DNA of 64,000 nt, from contig JBKDRU010000005.1 in assembly GCA_046341215.1 (NCBI GenBank), forward strand, positions 79,233 through 143,232, given 5' to 3'. This stretch comes from Vampirovibrionales bacterium (lineage in GTDB: Bacteria > Cyanobacteriota > Vampirovibrionia > Vampirovibrionales > JAJTHC01). Below the pieces are notes generated by a model. It was given only the letters and a program-made list of their open reading frames with translations, was not told the DNA's origin and did no database searches. This document shows positions 1 through 9,451 of this stretch, piece by piece (position 1 is the first letter of the stretch; each line of letters starts with the position of its first letter). The position numbers were made by a program, and so were the translations under genes.

Positions 1-113
1 CTTTGATATGAAAACATCAAACGCTTGTTCTTTATAAACTTTATGAGGGGATGCTTCTCGCATCCCCGATATTCTCTCTAACTGGACGCTTTAATTCAAT
101 CAAGGATTTTCAC

Positions 114-1223
114 ATGTTCCAACGTTTTTTTTCGTTTCTTTTACTCGCCTGCGCCCTCTTTTCGTCGACGTCTTTACTTCATGCCTCTGATACGACGTCT
201 ACCCACTCAACACACGCTAAGAGCTTAGTGCAATCGACGGTAAAACCTTTTTACAACGCTAAACCTCCCGTGTCCAACGTGAGCCATACCTTCATAAGTG
301 CAAGCTCTGCGCCTGTTCGCTTTTTTGTGGTGGGCGATACTGGATCTGGCTCTGAAAATCAAAAGGCCGTTGCGGCAGCGATGACTCGTCTTGCTAAACT
401 GTACGCAAATGCCAAGACGAATCCCACCGCAGTCAAGGGCGTGATGCACTTGGGTGACATTATCTATCCCGTGGGTGATGCCAAAAAGCACGGCGACCGC
501 TTGGTGAAAACCATGTACAAAGGGCTTGGGGACTTAGGCGTCCCGTTTTACTTTAGCCTCGGCAACCACGATATGCTCACGAATCACGGGCAAGATGTGG
601 TCGACAGCTTGCATATTCCGCAAAAAACCTATTACAAAGTGGCGGTGTCTCCTTTGGTGGATTTTTTCGCCATTAACACGAACACTTTCAACAAAATGCA
701 GATGCTTTGGCTTCAAACGGCTTTGGCACAAAGCAAAACGCCATGGAAGATCGTGTATGGGCATCATCCGCTCTATTCCACAGGGGCTCATGGGCAGGAC
801 AATGATTTAAAAGTCTTGCGAGCTAAACTCGAACCGCTATTCATCAAATACAAAGTGGACGCTTACCTCGCTGGCCATGATCACAACTACGAGCGTTTTG
901 CCACCGTCAGCACACAAGCCAAAGGCTTGCCATACTTGCAAATTGTTTCAGGAGGGGGGGGCGCCTATTTAAGAGAAAAACGCACCCACCCTAAAGCGCA
1001 TTGTAATCGTAATAAGCCGAACGCCTCATCCGTGCGTGATGTAACACCTTCTTCAAACAACACCTTTTTTGGCCCCTGCGAAGAACCTTTCTTTCCCACC
1101 TCCTTATTTTATGACAAAACGCATTACCATTTTCTCGATTTAGCCTTGACCGCAAAGTCGTTTAATATCAAAGTGCGAGGCACGTTAAACCAAGTATTGG
1201 ATGAAGTCACCCTTAAAAAATAA
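114..1223 (+). CDS. Secreted calcineurin-like metallophosphoesterase (purple-acid-phosphatase-like)
   Basis: Phosphoesterase motifs GDTGSG, GDIIYPVGD, GNHD, GHHPLY and GHDHNYER are present. An internal Met at 114 gives a signal-peptide-like N-terminus (MFQRFFSFLLLACALFSSTSLLHA). The ORF track begins the frame at 51. Confidence 0.7.
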   Translation: MFQRFFSFLLLACALFSSTSLLHASDTTSTHSTHAKSLVQSTVKPFYNAKPPVSNVSHTFISASSAPVRFFVVGDTGSGSENQKAVAAAMTRLAKLYANAKTNPTAVKGVMHLGDIIYPVGDAKKHGDRLVKTMYKGLGDLGVPFYFSLGNHDMLTNHGQDVVDSLHIPQKTYYKVAVSPLVDFFAINTNTFNKMQMLWLQTALAQSKTPWKIVYGHHPLYSTGAHGQDNDLKVLRAKLEPLFIKYKVDAYLAGHDHNYERFATVSTQAKGLPYLQIVSGGGGAYLREKRTHPKAHCNRNKPNASSVRDVTPSSNNTFFGPCEEPFFPTSLFYDKTHYHFLDLALTAKSFNIKVRGTLNQVLDEVTLKK

Positions 1224-1299
1224 GCCCTAAGCTTGATTGTAAAGACTTTTCGCTTTTTATGGCTTATGCTATAATCATTATGTATCCGAGTACCCCTCT

Positions 1300-1974
1300 A
1301 TGAAAGGAATGCTTATGTCTCTATCGAAAACCTTAGGTTCACGTAATGTTTGGGTCTTGTTCTTTTCCGCCTTGAGCATTTCTTTATTGGTGCTTTTGCT
1401 ATTGTTCAGCTTTTTCTTTAAAAACCTCGATTTCAACGTCAAAACCAAAGAATTGGATGAAGCCCCCATCCTTGAAACAGGCATTAACATGCAAAACACC
1501 GAAGTCACTTCACCTGAAGAAGAAGGCTTAGATCCTCAAGAATTAAAGGATCGTGTGCGCTTAAATGTGCCTGATGAAGCCGGGCGCTTAAGAAATCAAG
1601 ATAGCATCCAGAAAAAAAGAGACACCTATGTGGGTGTAGATGCCCCTAAGCGTAAAACACCCACAAAATCGACTTTGGCCCCTACCCCTGAAAGTGCCGA
1701 AAGTGTTGAAACCAATGCCGTTGAAGCGACCACGCCTCCTGTTGAAGCGACGCCAAAGGCGGTTGCCGTCGTGCAGAAGTTTCGTGTTTACTTAGGCGGA
1801 TTTTTTAGCCGTGGAGACGCTGAATCGACCCAAAGTCGCCTCAAGGCTCAAGGCTATAATTCGATCGTCAAACAAAGCAGTGGAGGCTTTGAAGTGCAAC
1901 TCGGCATTTATAACGACGAATCCACGGCTAAAAGTGTCGCCACCGCAACAGGTGCGAGCCTCGAAACATTTTAA
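1300..1974 (+). CDS. Membrane-anchored SPOR-domain (peptidoglycan-binding) protein
   Basis: It has an N-terminal transmembrane segment and a Pro/Thr-rich linker. The C-terminal ~75 aa (FRVYLGGFFSRGDAESTQSRLKAQGYNSIVKQ..GGFEVQLGIYN) fit the SPOR fold pattern. An alternative ATG at 1315 follows an AAAGGAA stretch. Confidence 0.55.
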   Translation: MKGMLMSLSKTLGSRNVWVLFFSALSISLLVLLLLFSFFFKNLDFNVKTKELDEAPILETGINMQNTEVTSPEEEGLDPQELKDRVRLNVPDEAGRLRNQDSIQKKRDTYVGVDAPKRKTPTKSTLAPTPESAESVETNAVEATTPPVEATPKAVAVVQKFRVYLGGFFSRGDAESTQSRLKAQGYNSIVKQSSGGFEVQLGIYNDESTAKSVATATGASLETF

Positions 1975-2142
1975 TACCAATTAAACGAATAAATTTCGTG
2001 TTGTCTCTTCGTTGTCGCTACGATTTTTTTTGTTCCGTTATGTACGTCTGTGTACACGCCCTCACAAAAAATCTAGGCTCCTAGAATATCCTAACACGCT
2101 ATTCACTCGTTTAAACGGTATAATATACAGGAAGCTCTAAAG

Positions 2143-2613
2143 ATGGCATTGCATACCTTTCACACCCAAACCCTCAAAGTTCGCTCGGCGGTGCTTGTCT
2201 TTCACGAAGGGCGTTTGTTGTTGATGCAACAAAACGGCAAGCCCTTTTGGGTCTTACCCGGTGGGACGCTTGAAGAAGGTGAATCCATCGCCGAATGTGC
2301 CGTGCGTGAAATGCAAGAAGAAGTGGGTATGACGGTTTCACTCGTGGGGATGTTCGCTCTTTCTGAATTTGCGGATGCCAAGCGTCATGTCGTAGACGTC
2401 GCCTTTTTAGGCGTTTACGAAGCGGGGGCCTCTTCGTGGGAGTCCCCTTACCCTGAAAACATTGATCATGTGGCATGGGTGAGCGAAGCCGAGTTTAAGG
2501 CATTGAGCCTTAAACCCGACTGTTTGCATACGATGATTGCTCAAGAATGGGACGCCCTTTCAAACGGTAGACTACCCGTTTTAAAGGATGCTTATTTGGG
2601 CTTGACCTCTTAA
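2143..2613 (+). CDS. NUDIX hydrolase
   Basis: The Nudix box GGTLEEGESIAECAVREMQEEVG (GX5EX7REUXEEXGU) is intact. Confidence 0.75.
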   Translation: MALHTFHTQTLKVRSAVLVFHEGRLLLMQQNGKPFWVLPGGTLEEGESIAECAVREMQEEVGMTVSLVGMFALSEFADAKRHVVDVAFLGVYEAGASSWESPYPENIDHVAWVSEAEFKALSLKPDCLHTMIAQEWDALSNGRLPVLKDAYLGLTS

Positions 2614-2741
2614 TTCCCCTTGATTATTTTTCTCTTGACATTGATTGTTTTTTTGCTAAAATTTGGGTGTATCTTCTAGGTACTTATTTTAAACAACCAA
2701 TGTTATCAACAATCAATCCAATGTAAGTGAAGGAATATAAT

Positions 2742-3662
2742 ATGAACCTTGCCCCAATCATGGTGCGTTCTCAAGCTGTTGAGACGCCTATTTTTCAACG
2801 TCGAACGGACAGAAAACGACCTATTTTGCCTCAAGGCCCACAACGTCAAGGGAAGCTTGAATTACCCACGCTTGCAATTTTTGCTGATTTTGACGACACG
2901 CTTACTACAGTCACCATGCAAAACGGAAGAAATAACAATGGATTACTTGCTCAACTAGGCTTTAAAGATCCTAATGGTTTTTGGGATCGGGTGGCAAAAC
3001 GAGAAAAGAGAACAGGGGTAGGTCGTATTCAAGCTTACATGGAAGAACTGCTTCATGTTGAAAAGAAAAGTAAGTTAAGAAATGTTTTGACGCCTGCTAA
3101 TTTTCATAGCTTGGGTCAGAGTATCCCTATGGCACCAAATGTACCTTTCTTTATGCCACGACTTCAAAAACTCGCCCAAAATGGAGGTCTTTCACTTGAG
3201 TTTCATATCCTTTCTAGTGGGATTGAAGAGATGATCAAGGGCAGTACTGTGGAAAAATATGCTACATCGATTCGTGCCAATCAATTTCAATATAATAAAA
3301 ACCATAAGGCAAGAGGGCTTCAACGAGTGATTGCAGCTCATGACAAGCCCACCCATATCAAAGAAATTGTAGCCGAACGAAAATTAATCATCCCACCTGT
3401 TTATATTGGGGATGGCGATACAGACATCCCTGCTTGGCAATTGGTTAAAAACCAACTTAACGGAGATGCAATTGCCGTTTACGATCCTAATAAGTCTAAG
3501 AAAGTAGAAAGAGCACAAAGATACATGGACGAAGGCTTGGTGAGCAGTATTCACCCTCGTAATTATCAACGTGGGACTTCGTTGATGAATCACTTAGGAG
3601 AGATTATTGAAACCCACGCAAAAGCAGAAGAGTCTAAGCCGAAGCTCATTCTTTTAAGCTAA
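2742..3662 (+). CDS. HAD-superfamily-like hydrolase ORFan (hypothetical)
   Basis: HAD motif I DFDDTLT and motif IV-like GDGDTD are present. The frame opens at a GTG at 2727, but the ATG at 2742 has a GAAGGA ribosome-binding site 8 nt upstream. The gene looks AT-richer than its flanks by eye. Confidence 0.45.
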   Translation: MNLAPIMVRSQAVETPIFQRRTDRKRPILPQGPQRQGKLELPTLAIFADFDDTLTTVTMQNGRNNNGLLAQLGFKDPNGFWDRVAKREKRTGVGRIQAYMEELLHVEKKSKLRNVLTPANFHSLGQSIPMAPNVPFFMPRLQKLAQNGGLSLEFHILSSGIEEMIKGSTVEKYATSIRANQFQYNKNHKARGLQRVIAAHDKPTHIKEIVAERKLIIPPVYIGDGDTDIPAWQLVKNQLNGDAIAVYDPNKSKKVERAQRYMDEGLVSSIHPRNYQRGTSLMNHLGEIIETHAKAEESKPKLILLS

Positions 3663-3683
3663 ACAACGTGTTTCTTTTAAAAA

Positions 3684-3714
3684 CAGGGATGCCTCACGGG
3701 GCATCCCTGTTTTT
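3684..3714. terminator. Bidirectional intrinsic terminator between convergent genes
   Basis: There is a perfect 10-bp stem CAGGGATGCC/GGCATCCCTG with a 5-nt loop, followed by TTTTT. Confidence 0.7.
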
Positions 3715-3758
3715 ACACAAGCACATTAAAACGAGAGATCTGCTAGAGCTAAATCAGG

Positions 3759-4883
3759 TTATTCTGTGATAATGGGAAGCAACGTCTGCCTCTCCAAAGC
3801 GTCTTTCCCCAATAAATGAGGCTTGCCTGCTTCTTCATAAGCGGAATGAAACATCATCGCCGTAAACATTGTTGCTTGTCTCATCCACAGTGGCATGAAC
3901 TTTTCCGACGTCCATGCGGCTTTTAGGGCGTCTTTATAGGTCTGTCCTTTGGAATGTTCTGCTCGTAAACAACGATCCGCGTAAGCCAAGTCAAAGAGAT
4001 TCAGAAAAGAGTATTGTAATCGCTCCGCCATGGCTGATTTAAGCCATTCCTGACTTTTCGGCTGAATCTTGGCTCGAAGAGTGGAGGCATTGGCGTTCAT
4101 GTCGCCAAGCCAAGCTTGTTCTTGCTTGGTACTTTGAGCATATTCAAAGAACTTGTGACTATTTGCTTTTATTCCAAACCCTAAATCCCACTTGTGAAAG
4201 ATGCTTGTGTGTAGGGGGTTTCGCCAGTCTTGATCAAAATGGGAACCTACTCCTAAAAGAAAAGCCAGTTCCACTAACTTTTTTTTAGAAGCAGACCCCG
4301 TTTTTTTTTCTTGGGCTTTGATCGCTTGCATCTGCTCTATAATGCGTTGGTGAAAGTGAAACACACTTTTAAAGATGTTACGATTCGGATCCGCTTCTAA
4401 GCGTTCAGGCGTCAAAGGCTGTTGATCAAAATAATTTAAGGCGAATTCCAAAGAAGCGGAGGAAAGTCCTTTGTCAATACAGGCATCTCGCTCTATTTTC
4501 CAAAAGTGCTTCCAGTATTGAGCTAGCCACCCTTTATGATCGTCTTTCAACTCAAAAAAAGCAGGGAGTGTTGGGTTATGTTTCATGTAATCTGTAAGCA
4601 TTGCTTCAAGGTTGACGTAATGATTAGGACCTCTAAGTTCGGACTTCTCGAACAAATCTTTATGTTGTGGGAGACCCGCTTTACCGTCGGCGATACGAGT
4701 GCCAGCTTTAAGGATTGGGAGATGTTCAGATATAAATTGTGCAAGATCGGGAGGCAAAAGATTAGGTAGAGCTTCAATCATCAAATCATGCGTTTCCCAT
4801 GCCCACCCCTGTCGTTGGGACGAAGCAGGCAAAGCAGACGGTGCCTTTACAAAGGCAGGGACTCTATTGGCAATAGGTAACAT
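3759..4883 (-). CDS. Zinc-dependent phospholipase C / alpha-toxin-family-like protein (hypothetical)
   Basis: The motif SHFDQDWRNPLH matches the H-[YF]-x-x-D-x-x-x-P-x-H zinc site (HYFGDIDTPYH in C. perfringens alpha-toxin, HYLGDVNQPMH in B. cereus PLC). Downstream SHKFFEYA matches the H-x-x-[FY]-E zinc site. The N-proximal W-x-W-x-x-H (WAWETH) resembles the Trp1/His zinc ligands. There is no classical Sec signal peptide. Confidence 0.5.
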   Translation of the reverse strand: MLPIANRVPAFVKAPSALPASSQRQGWAWETHDLMIEALPNLLPPDLAQFISEHLPILKAGTRIADGKAGLPQHKDLFEKSELRGPNHYVNLEAMLTDYMKHNPTLPAFFELKDDHKGWLAQYWKHFWKIERDACIDKGLSSASLEFALNYFDQQPLTPERLEADPNRNIFKSVFHFHQRIIEQMQAIKAQEKKTGSASKKKLVELAFLLGVGSHFDQDWRNPLHTSIFHKWDLGFGIKANSHKFFEYAQSTKQEQAWLGDMNANASTLRAKIQPKSQEWLKSAMAERLQYSFLNLFDLAYADRCLRAEHSKGQTYKDALKAAWTSEKFMPLWMRQATMFTAMMFHSAYEEAGKPHLLGKDALERQTLLPIITE

Positions 4884-4975
4884 TGAATGGGGGTCATTTC
4901 TATCGAACAGTATACATGGATTGGATACCTGTACAATAACGGAAATGCCTCAAAAAAGCAAGCAAAAAATACGAT

Positions 4976-6151
4976 CTACACAAAATACGATTTACGACGA
5001 ATCATCCACGCCCCAACCAGCAACATTACTAGCGACGGCAACAAACACGAAAGAGCCACCGAAAGATCGTAAGGCACCAGTCCGCCTAAGGTAAGCAAGC
5101 CCCCCTGCCCTAAACTAATGCTAATGTTGCGTCCGATATAAAGGGCAAACAAGGCGATAATCGCATACAAAAAGCCTTTGGCACTACTTTGACGAGGGGG
5201 AGCCAACGCCAAAGGAAACGCCATAAACATCAACGCCAAACAATTCAAGGGTTGAGCGAAACGCTCCCACAGCATCGTGACCCATTTACGAGGGACTTCA
5301 TTCCCAGCTTGACGTTCAGTTTCAATGTGTCGAGCCAGCTCAAAAAAGCCGACCTTAGAATGGTGAAACCCTGCCTTGGTTTGCGACAGAATGTCTTCAT
5401 CCACATTCAACAAATGGGACTTCTGTACTTGATTTAGGCTATTGACGATGTAGCGATTTTCGCCTGCCAAAGCACTAAAAATCCGCACGCCATTCAACTG
5501 CCATTGGGGGGACTGGTAATCTGCCGAATCGGCTTGAATGACTTCAATGTTACCGCTTTTACTGCGTTGCACGAAGGTAAAGCCTTCAAGGTGATTGAGG
5601 CTGGCTTTTTCGGCTCGAATCAACTTCACCCAACGCCCTTCTTTAAATAAGGGAAGCACGATGCCGTCTTTGGTGAGCTTGAGTTGAGAAGACGTCAAGA
5701 CCTCTTCACGAAGGTCATCCGCCATTTTTTGAGCAGAGGGGATCAGCCATTCGCTTGACGCAAACGTCAAGCACGCCATCACCAGTCCCAAGATGAAGGC
5801 AGGTCTAAAAATACGCCACAAACTCACGCCATTCATGCGTAAGGCAATGAGTTCAAACTGTTGATTCAAATGGCTATACACCAAGAGCACCGTAAAAAAC
5901 ACACTCGGCGGAAAGGCAAAGGCAAAGGCGAGTGGCACTTGCAGAATCAGAAATTGAAACGCCAAGCTCAAGGGTAAGCCCAAGTCTTGCATTTCTTTCA
6001 AAAAATCAAAGAGCGTATCACTAAAAAACACGATGAGTGTCACCAAAGTAATCGTCAAACCCAGCATTTTCCAAAGCTGTTTACCGATATAAGCTTCCAG
6101 TCTATTGGCAAAAAACACGCAGGCATTCCATTCGTTAAATAAAGGTAACAT
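4976..6151 (-). CDS. LptF/LptG-family LPS export permease (YjgP/YjgQ)
   Basis: It has six predicted transmembrane segments and a periplasmic beta-jellyroll-like middle region. The N-terminal pattern YIGKQLWKMLGLTITLVTLIVF fits the LptF/G family. Confidence 0.7.
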   Translation of the reverse strand: MLPLFNEWNACVFFANRLEAYIGKQLWKMLGLTITLVTLIVFFSDTLFDFLKEMQDLGLPLSLAFQFLILQVPLAFAFAFPPSVFFTVLLVYSHLNQQFELIALRMNGVSLWRIFRPAFILGLVMACLTFASSEWLIPSAQKMADDLREEVLTSSQLKLTKDGIVLPLFKEGRWVKLIRAEKASLNHLEGFTFVQRSKSGNIEVIQADSADYQSPQWQLNGVRIFSALAGENRYIVNSLNQVQKSHLLNVDEDILSQTKAGFHHSKVGFFELARHIETERQAGNEVPRKWVTMLWERFAQPLNCLALMFMAFPLALAPPRQSSAKGFLYAIIALFALYIGRNISISLGQGGLLTLGGLVPYDLSVALSCLLPSLVMLLVGAWMIRRKSYFV

Positions 6152-6229
6152 TTTTATTATATCTCGTAATTTATGGTATCATAGTTTTTGTATTCATTGG
6201 TTATAATTATTGAATTGGAGACATTCCTC

Positions 6230-6544
6230 ATGGCATTAAAAGAACTCAACGAAGCGGATTTTCAAAGTACCATCGACGCAGGCGTAACGCTTGTCGATTT
6301 TTGGGCACCTTGGTGTGGACCTTGTCGTTCGTTGGCTCCTATTTTAGAAGAGGCCGCTGGTGATTTGGAAGGTCGTGCAACGATTGCGAAAGTCAATACG
6401 GATGAAAATTTAGCATTGGCTCAAAAATACGGCGTTTCGAGCATTCCCTTTATGGTCGTGTTTAAAAACGGTCAGCCAGTGGCTCAAACCGTTGGCGTAA
6501 AGCCTAAGGGCGAAATCGTCAGCATGGTTGAAGCTCATTTGTAG
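6230..6544 (+). CDS. trxA: Thioredoxin
   Basis: The WCGPC active site is present in a ~105-aa protein with the classic thioredoxin fold pattern. The start was taken at the internal ATG (MALKELNEADF) rather than the longer ORF beginning at 6188. Confidence 0.9.
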   Translation: MALKELNEADFQSTIDAGVTLVDFWAPWCGPCRSLAPILEEAAGDLEGRATIAKVNTDENLALAQKYGVSSIPFMVVFKNGQPVAQTVGVKPKGEIVSMVEAHL

Positions 6545-6654
6545 GTTTCAAGCGCATTCTTAAACACAAGGGAGGTTTCTATAGAGCCTCCCTTTGTATT
6601 CTATAGCTTAAAGATGGTGTAATACCCGTTCACAGTTTGAAACGGAGGAAAAGA

Positions 6655-7380
6655 ATGTCTAAATCAGTTCAAGAAATAAGAAAACGCTTACGGCACTCTA
6701 TCGATTCCACCCCGAAAAACGTTTCACAATTCTTTAAAACAGGCGTAGGTGATTACGCCGAGCATGACCAGTTTATGGGTGTAACCGTTCCTACATTGAG
6801 GAAAATGGCTAAGTCGTTTGCCTCTTTAAGTTTAGACGATTTAACGGTTCTGCTACAGTCTCCCTTCAATGAAGAGCGGTTGTTAGCACTGATTATACTA
6901 AGTAACCAATACGCAAACGCAAGAGAAGAACAAAAAGAAGCCTTTTATCAGTTTTATCAGTTCCATATAAAACAAATCAACAATTGGAACTTGGTGGACA
7001 GTTCCGCACATCTTATTATGGGGGCTTATCTTTTTGAAAAAGACCGATCCGTTTTGCTAGAATTGGCGGCGTCCCCTAATTTATGGGAACGTCGAATCGC
7101 GATTGTGGCGACGTGGTATTTTATCCGCAAGGGTGATACCACGAGTACCTTTGAAATAGCTCAACGCTTGCTTCACGATAAGCAGGATCTTATTCACAAG
7201 GCCGTGGGTTGGATGCTCCGAGAAGCGGGTAAGAAAGAGGAAGCACGCTTGCTTGCCTTTCTTTCTGAACAGGCTCATCGCATGCCGAAAACGATGTTGA
7301 GATATGCGATGGAACGGCTTTCCCTCACACAAAAGATTGCTACACAATCTGCGATTGACCTACGTTTATCTTTGATTTAG
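6655..7380 (+). CDS. DNA alkylation repair protein (AlkD/AlkC-like HEAT-repeat glycosylase family)
   Basis: Pattern-level similarity to the DNA_alkylation family (WNLVDSSA..., IATWYFIRKGD, KAVGWMLRE). The ATG at 6655 has a GGAGGA ribosome-binding site 6 nt upstream. The track's 6637 start is a TTG. Confidence 0.65.
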   Translation: MSKSVQEIRKRLRHSIDSTPKNVSQFFKTGVGDYAEHDQFMGVTVPTLRKMAKSFASLSLDDLTVLLQSPFNEERLLALIILSNQYANAREEQKEAFYQFYQFHIKQINNWNLVDSSAHLIMGAYLFEKDRSVLLELAASPNLWERRIAIVATWYFIRKGDTTSTFEIAQRLLHDKQDLIHKAVGWMLREAGKKEEARLLAFLSEQAHRMPKTMLRYAMERLSLTQKIATQSAIDLRLSLI

Positions 7381-7396
7381 ACTAGAATCATGGCGT

Positions 7397-7486
7397 GGAG
7401 AAGTGTCCGAGTGGTCTATGGTGCAGTCCTGGAAAGACTGTGTAGGGGTGACTCTACCGAGAGTTCGAATCTCTCCTTCTCCGCCA
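7397..7486 (+). tRNA. tRNA-Ser (GGA)
   Basis: A 90-nt cloverleaf with a long variable arm is present. The acceptor stem is GGAGAAG/CTTCTCC, the anticodon loop is CUGGAAA, and a 3' CCA is encoded. Confidence 0.9.
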
Positions 7487-7510
7487 TTTTTATAGAAGGG
7501 TCATGGCATA

Positions 7511-9124
7511 ATGTGGACAAAACCCGAAATTTCTTTTGATGCAGAACCCTTGGCTTTTCACACGGTTACTTTAGAAGACTTGCCTCACGCTCAATTGGTG
7601 CATGAAAATGTGGATTTTCTCAATCATTTAAGACATCTTAAAGCCCTGTCTTCAGAAGATCGCTTGGGGCTTTACAAAGGCGAAGAAACAGGCTATGGCG
7701 TTGAAGAAGCGATTGCCACCTTGTATGCAGGGCATCAATTCGGATATTTCAACCCTCAACTAGGCGACGGTCGTGCCGCGATTGTCGGAACCGATGAAAA
7801 CGTCCCGATTTCACAGTTTTTCCCAAAAGCCTTTCAACATTTAGTAAACGACTTCATCCACCGAAAAAAAGAACAAGGCAACAGCGAATGGGCATTCGGC
7901 GCCTTTGATTTCTTTGAAAAACCCACATCGGTTGAATTGCAATTGAAAGGTTCAGGCATCACCCCCTACTCTCGAAGTGGGGACGGCAAAGCGGTTTTAC
8001 GGTCTTCGGTGCGTGAATACTTGGCTTCTGAAGCGGTGTTTCAACTCGGCATCCCCACCACACGAGCCGTGGCTTTGGTGCATGACGCTCAAACGCCTGT
8101 GTATCGAGAAACACGAGAAAGTGCTGCGATGGTCTTGCGAGTCGCCCCGTCCTTCTTGCGTTTGGGGCATTTGGAGTATTGGGGGCGTCACGGATACGCC
8201 GAGCGTCTAACGCCTTATATCGCCTATCTTTTCCGCACGTTTTTCAAAACCGAAGGCATTGATTTTTCGCCTGTTCAGCAATTGCAAGCCGTTTTAACGA
8301 TTTCAGCGATCCTAAATGCGGTGACGATGGCTCAATGGCAAGGCGTTGGCTTTTGTCATGGCGTCTTGAATTCGGACAATATCTCGCTGCTTGGAATGAC
8401 CCTTGACTACGGGCCTTACGGCTTCTTGGATGCCTTTGACATGGGGCATATCTGCAATCATAGCGATCACGGCGGGCGTTATGCCTATAAAAACCAGCCA
8501 GCGATTGGCTTGTGGAATTACAGCCGTCTGCTCGAAGCGTGCCAAGATTTTGTCGGTAACGATGAAGATTACCAAGCCTTGAAGGAATCGATAGAAGGCA
8601 CCTTTCAAGACGCTTTTAATACCAGCTTTTTAGCGGTGTATCGCCAAAAGCTTCGCATGGAAGACCGAAAGCTTATTCCTGATATTGAGTTTGGCGAAGT
8701 GCTTAAAAGCCTGTTGGCGTACTTGCATCAAAACAAGCTGGACTACACACGCTTTTTCACAGCGTTACCAGCGTGGGAAACAGCCTTTCAAAATGAAGAG
8801 ACTCCCCATGTGGCGGATATTGAACGCCTTGCGATGGGGATCGCTTCGCCTGAAGCGGCGTGGTGGTTGCACGAGATTTACGCACCGTACTTGCAGAAAA
8901 ATGCCTTAAGCGGAGCCTCTCAAACGCTGGTGAATCCGACTGTTGTGTTGCGGAATCACATCGCCCAAGCCTTGATTGAAGACGCCCAAGCTAATCGTTT
9001 CGATGCCTTTTCTGAAGGTTTTACACGCCTTCAAACGCCGTTTGATGAGGCTCATCATGCTCACGACTGGGCGAAAGTTCCTCCAGCATCGGCGAAAGAA
9101 ATTTGCGTGTCTTGCTCATCTTAA
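7511..9124 (+). CDS. selO: Protein adenylyltransferase SelO (YdiU/UPF0061)
   Basis: The N-terminal signature YAGHQFGYFNPQLGDGRA and SelO kinase-like fold motifs are present. The C-terminus is CVSCSS, the Cys counterpart of the Sec-containing C-x-x-U tail. Confidence 0.9.
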   Translation: MWTKPEISFDAEPLAFHTVTLEDLPHAQLVHENVDFLNHLRHLKALSSEDRLGLYKGEETGYGVEEAIATLYAGHQFGYFNPQLGDGRAAIVGTDENVPISQFFPKAFQHLVNDFIHRKKEQGNSEWAFGAFDFFEKPTSVELQLKGSGITPYSRSGDGKAVLRSSVREYLASEAVFQLGIPTTRAVALVHDAQTPVYRETRESAAMVLRVAPSFLRLGHLEYWGRHGYAERLTPYIAYLFRTFFKTEGIDFSPVQQLQAVLTISAILNAVTMAQWQGVGFCHGVLNSDNISLLGMTLDYGPYGFLDAFDMGHICNHSDHGGRYAYKNQPAIGLWNYSRLLEACQDFVGNDEDYQALKESIEGTFQDAFNTSFLAVYRQKLRMEDRKLIPDIEFGEVLKSLLAYLHQNKLDYTRFFTALPAWETAFQNEETPHVADIERLAMGIASPEAAWWLHEIYAPYLQKNALSGASQTLVNPTVVLRNHIAQALIEDAQANRFDAFSEGFTRLQTPFDEAHHAHDWAKVPPASAKEICVSCSS

Positions 9125-9163
9125 AAGGATAAGGTTCCCTGTTTTTTGGATGTTTCGCTCCGT

Positions 9164-9300
9164 TTTTAGCTGGTCGTCGTCAGAGACCTTTGCTCCGCCA
9201 AAGGTCTCCAACACCTCTAAAGGCGGTTCAAGGGGGGACGGGGAAGGACGTATTGCGTTTCTCCTCCCCTTCGTCCCCCCTTGAAAATCCCCCCTGAATC
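9164..9300 (+). repeat. Truncated copy (A) of a hairpin-rich repeat element, relative of 41465..41695
   Basis: About 120 bp (9167..9283) are near-identical to the reverse complement of 41580..41695. The matching blocks are TAGCTGGTCGTCGTCAGAGACCTTTGC, ..CAAAGGTCTCCAACACCTCTAAAGGCGGTTCAAGGGGGGACG.. and ..CGTCCCCCC. Only one terminal repeat is retained. It lies just downstream of the selO stop. Confidence 0.8.
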
Positions 9301-9451
9301 CCCACCTCGTCGCATCATTCCTTTGCACGACGTCCGCAAAATCGCTCGGGGATTCGCAATTCGCTCACCCGCTCGGATTTAGTGCTTGGACGCCTGCTGG
9401 TGCAACGATCCTTTAAATCAACAATTTTATCTAAAAAAGGAAATTCTAAAG

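Noticed and set aside
4699-5094. ORFs 4699..5094(+) and 4887..5072(+) bridging the PLC-like and LptF/G genes
   Set aside because: They overlap the 5' end of the PLC-like gene and the 3' end of the LptF/G permease gene on the opposite strand. They have no start context and are spurious.
8976-9328. ORFs 8976..9284(+) and 9116..9328(-)
   Set aside because: They lie inside the hairpin-rich repeat element copy A downstream of selO. The GC-rich palindromes create open frames on both strands.
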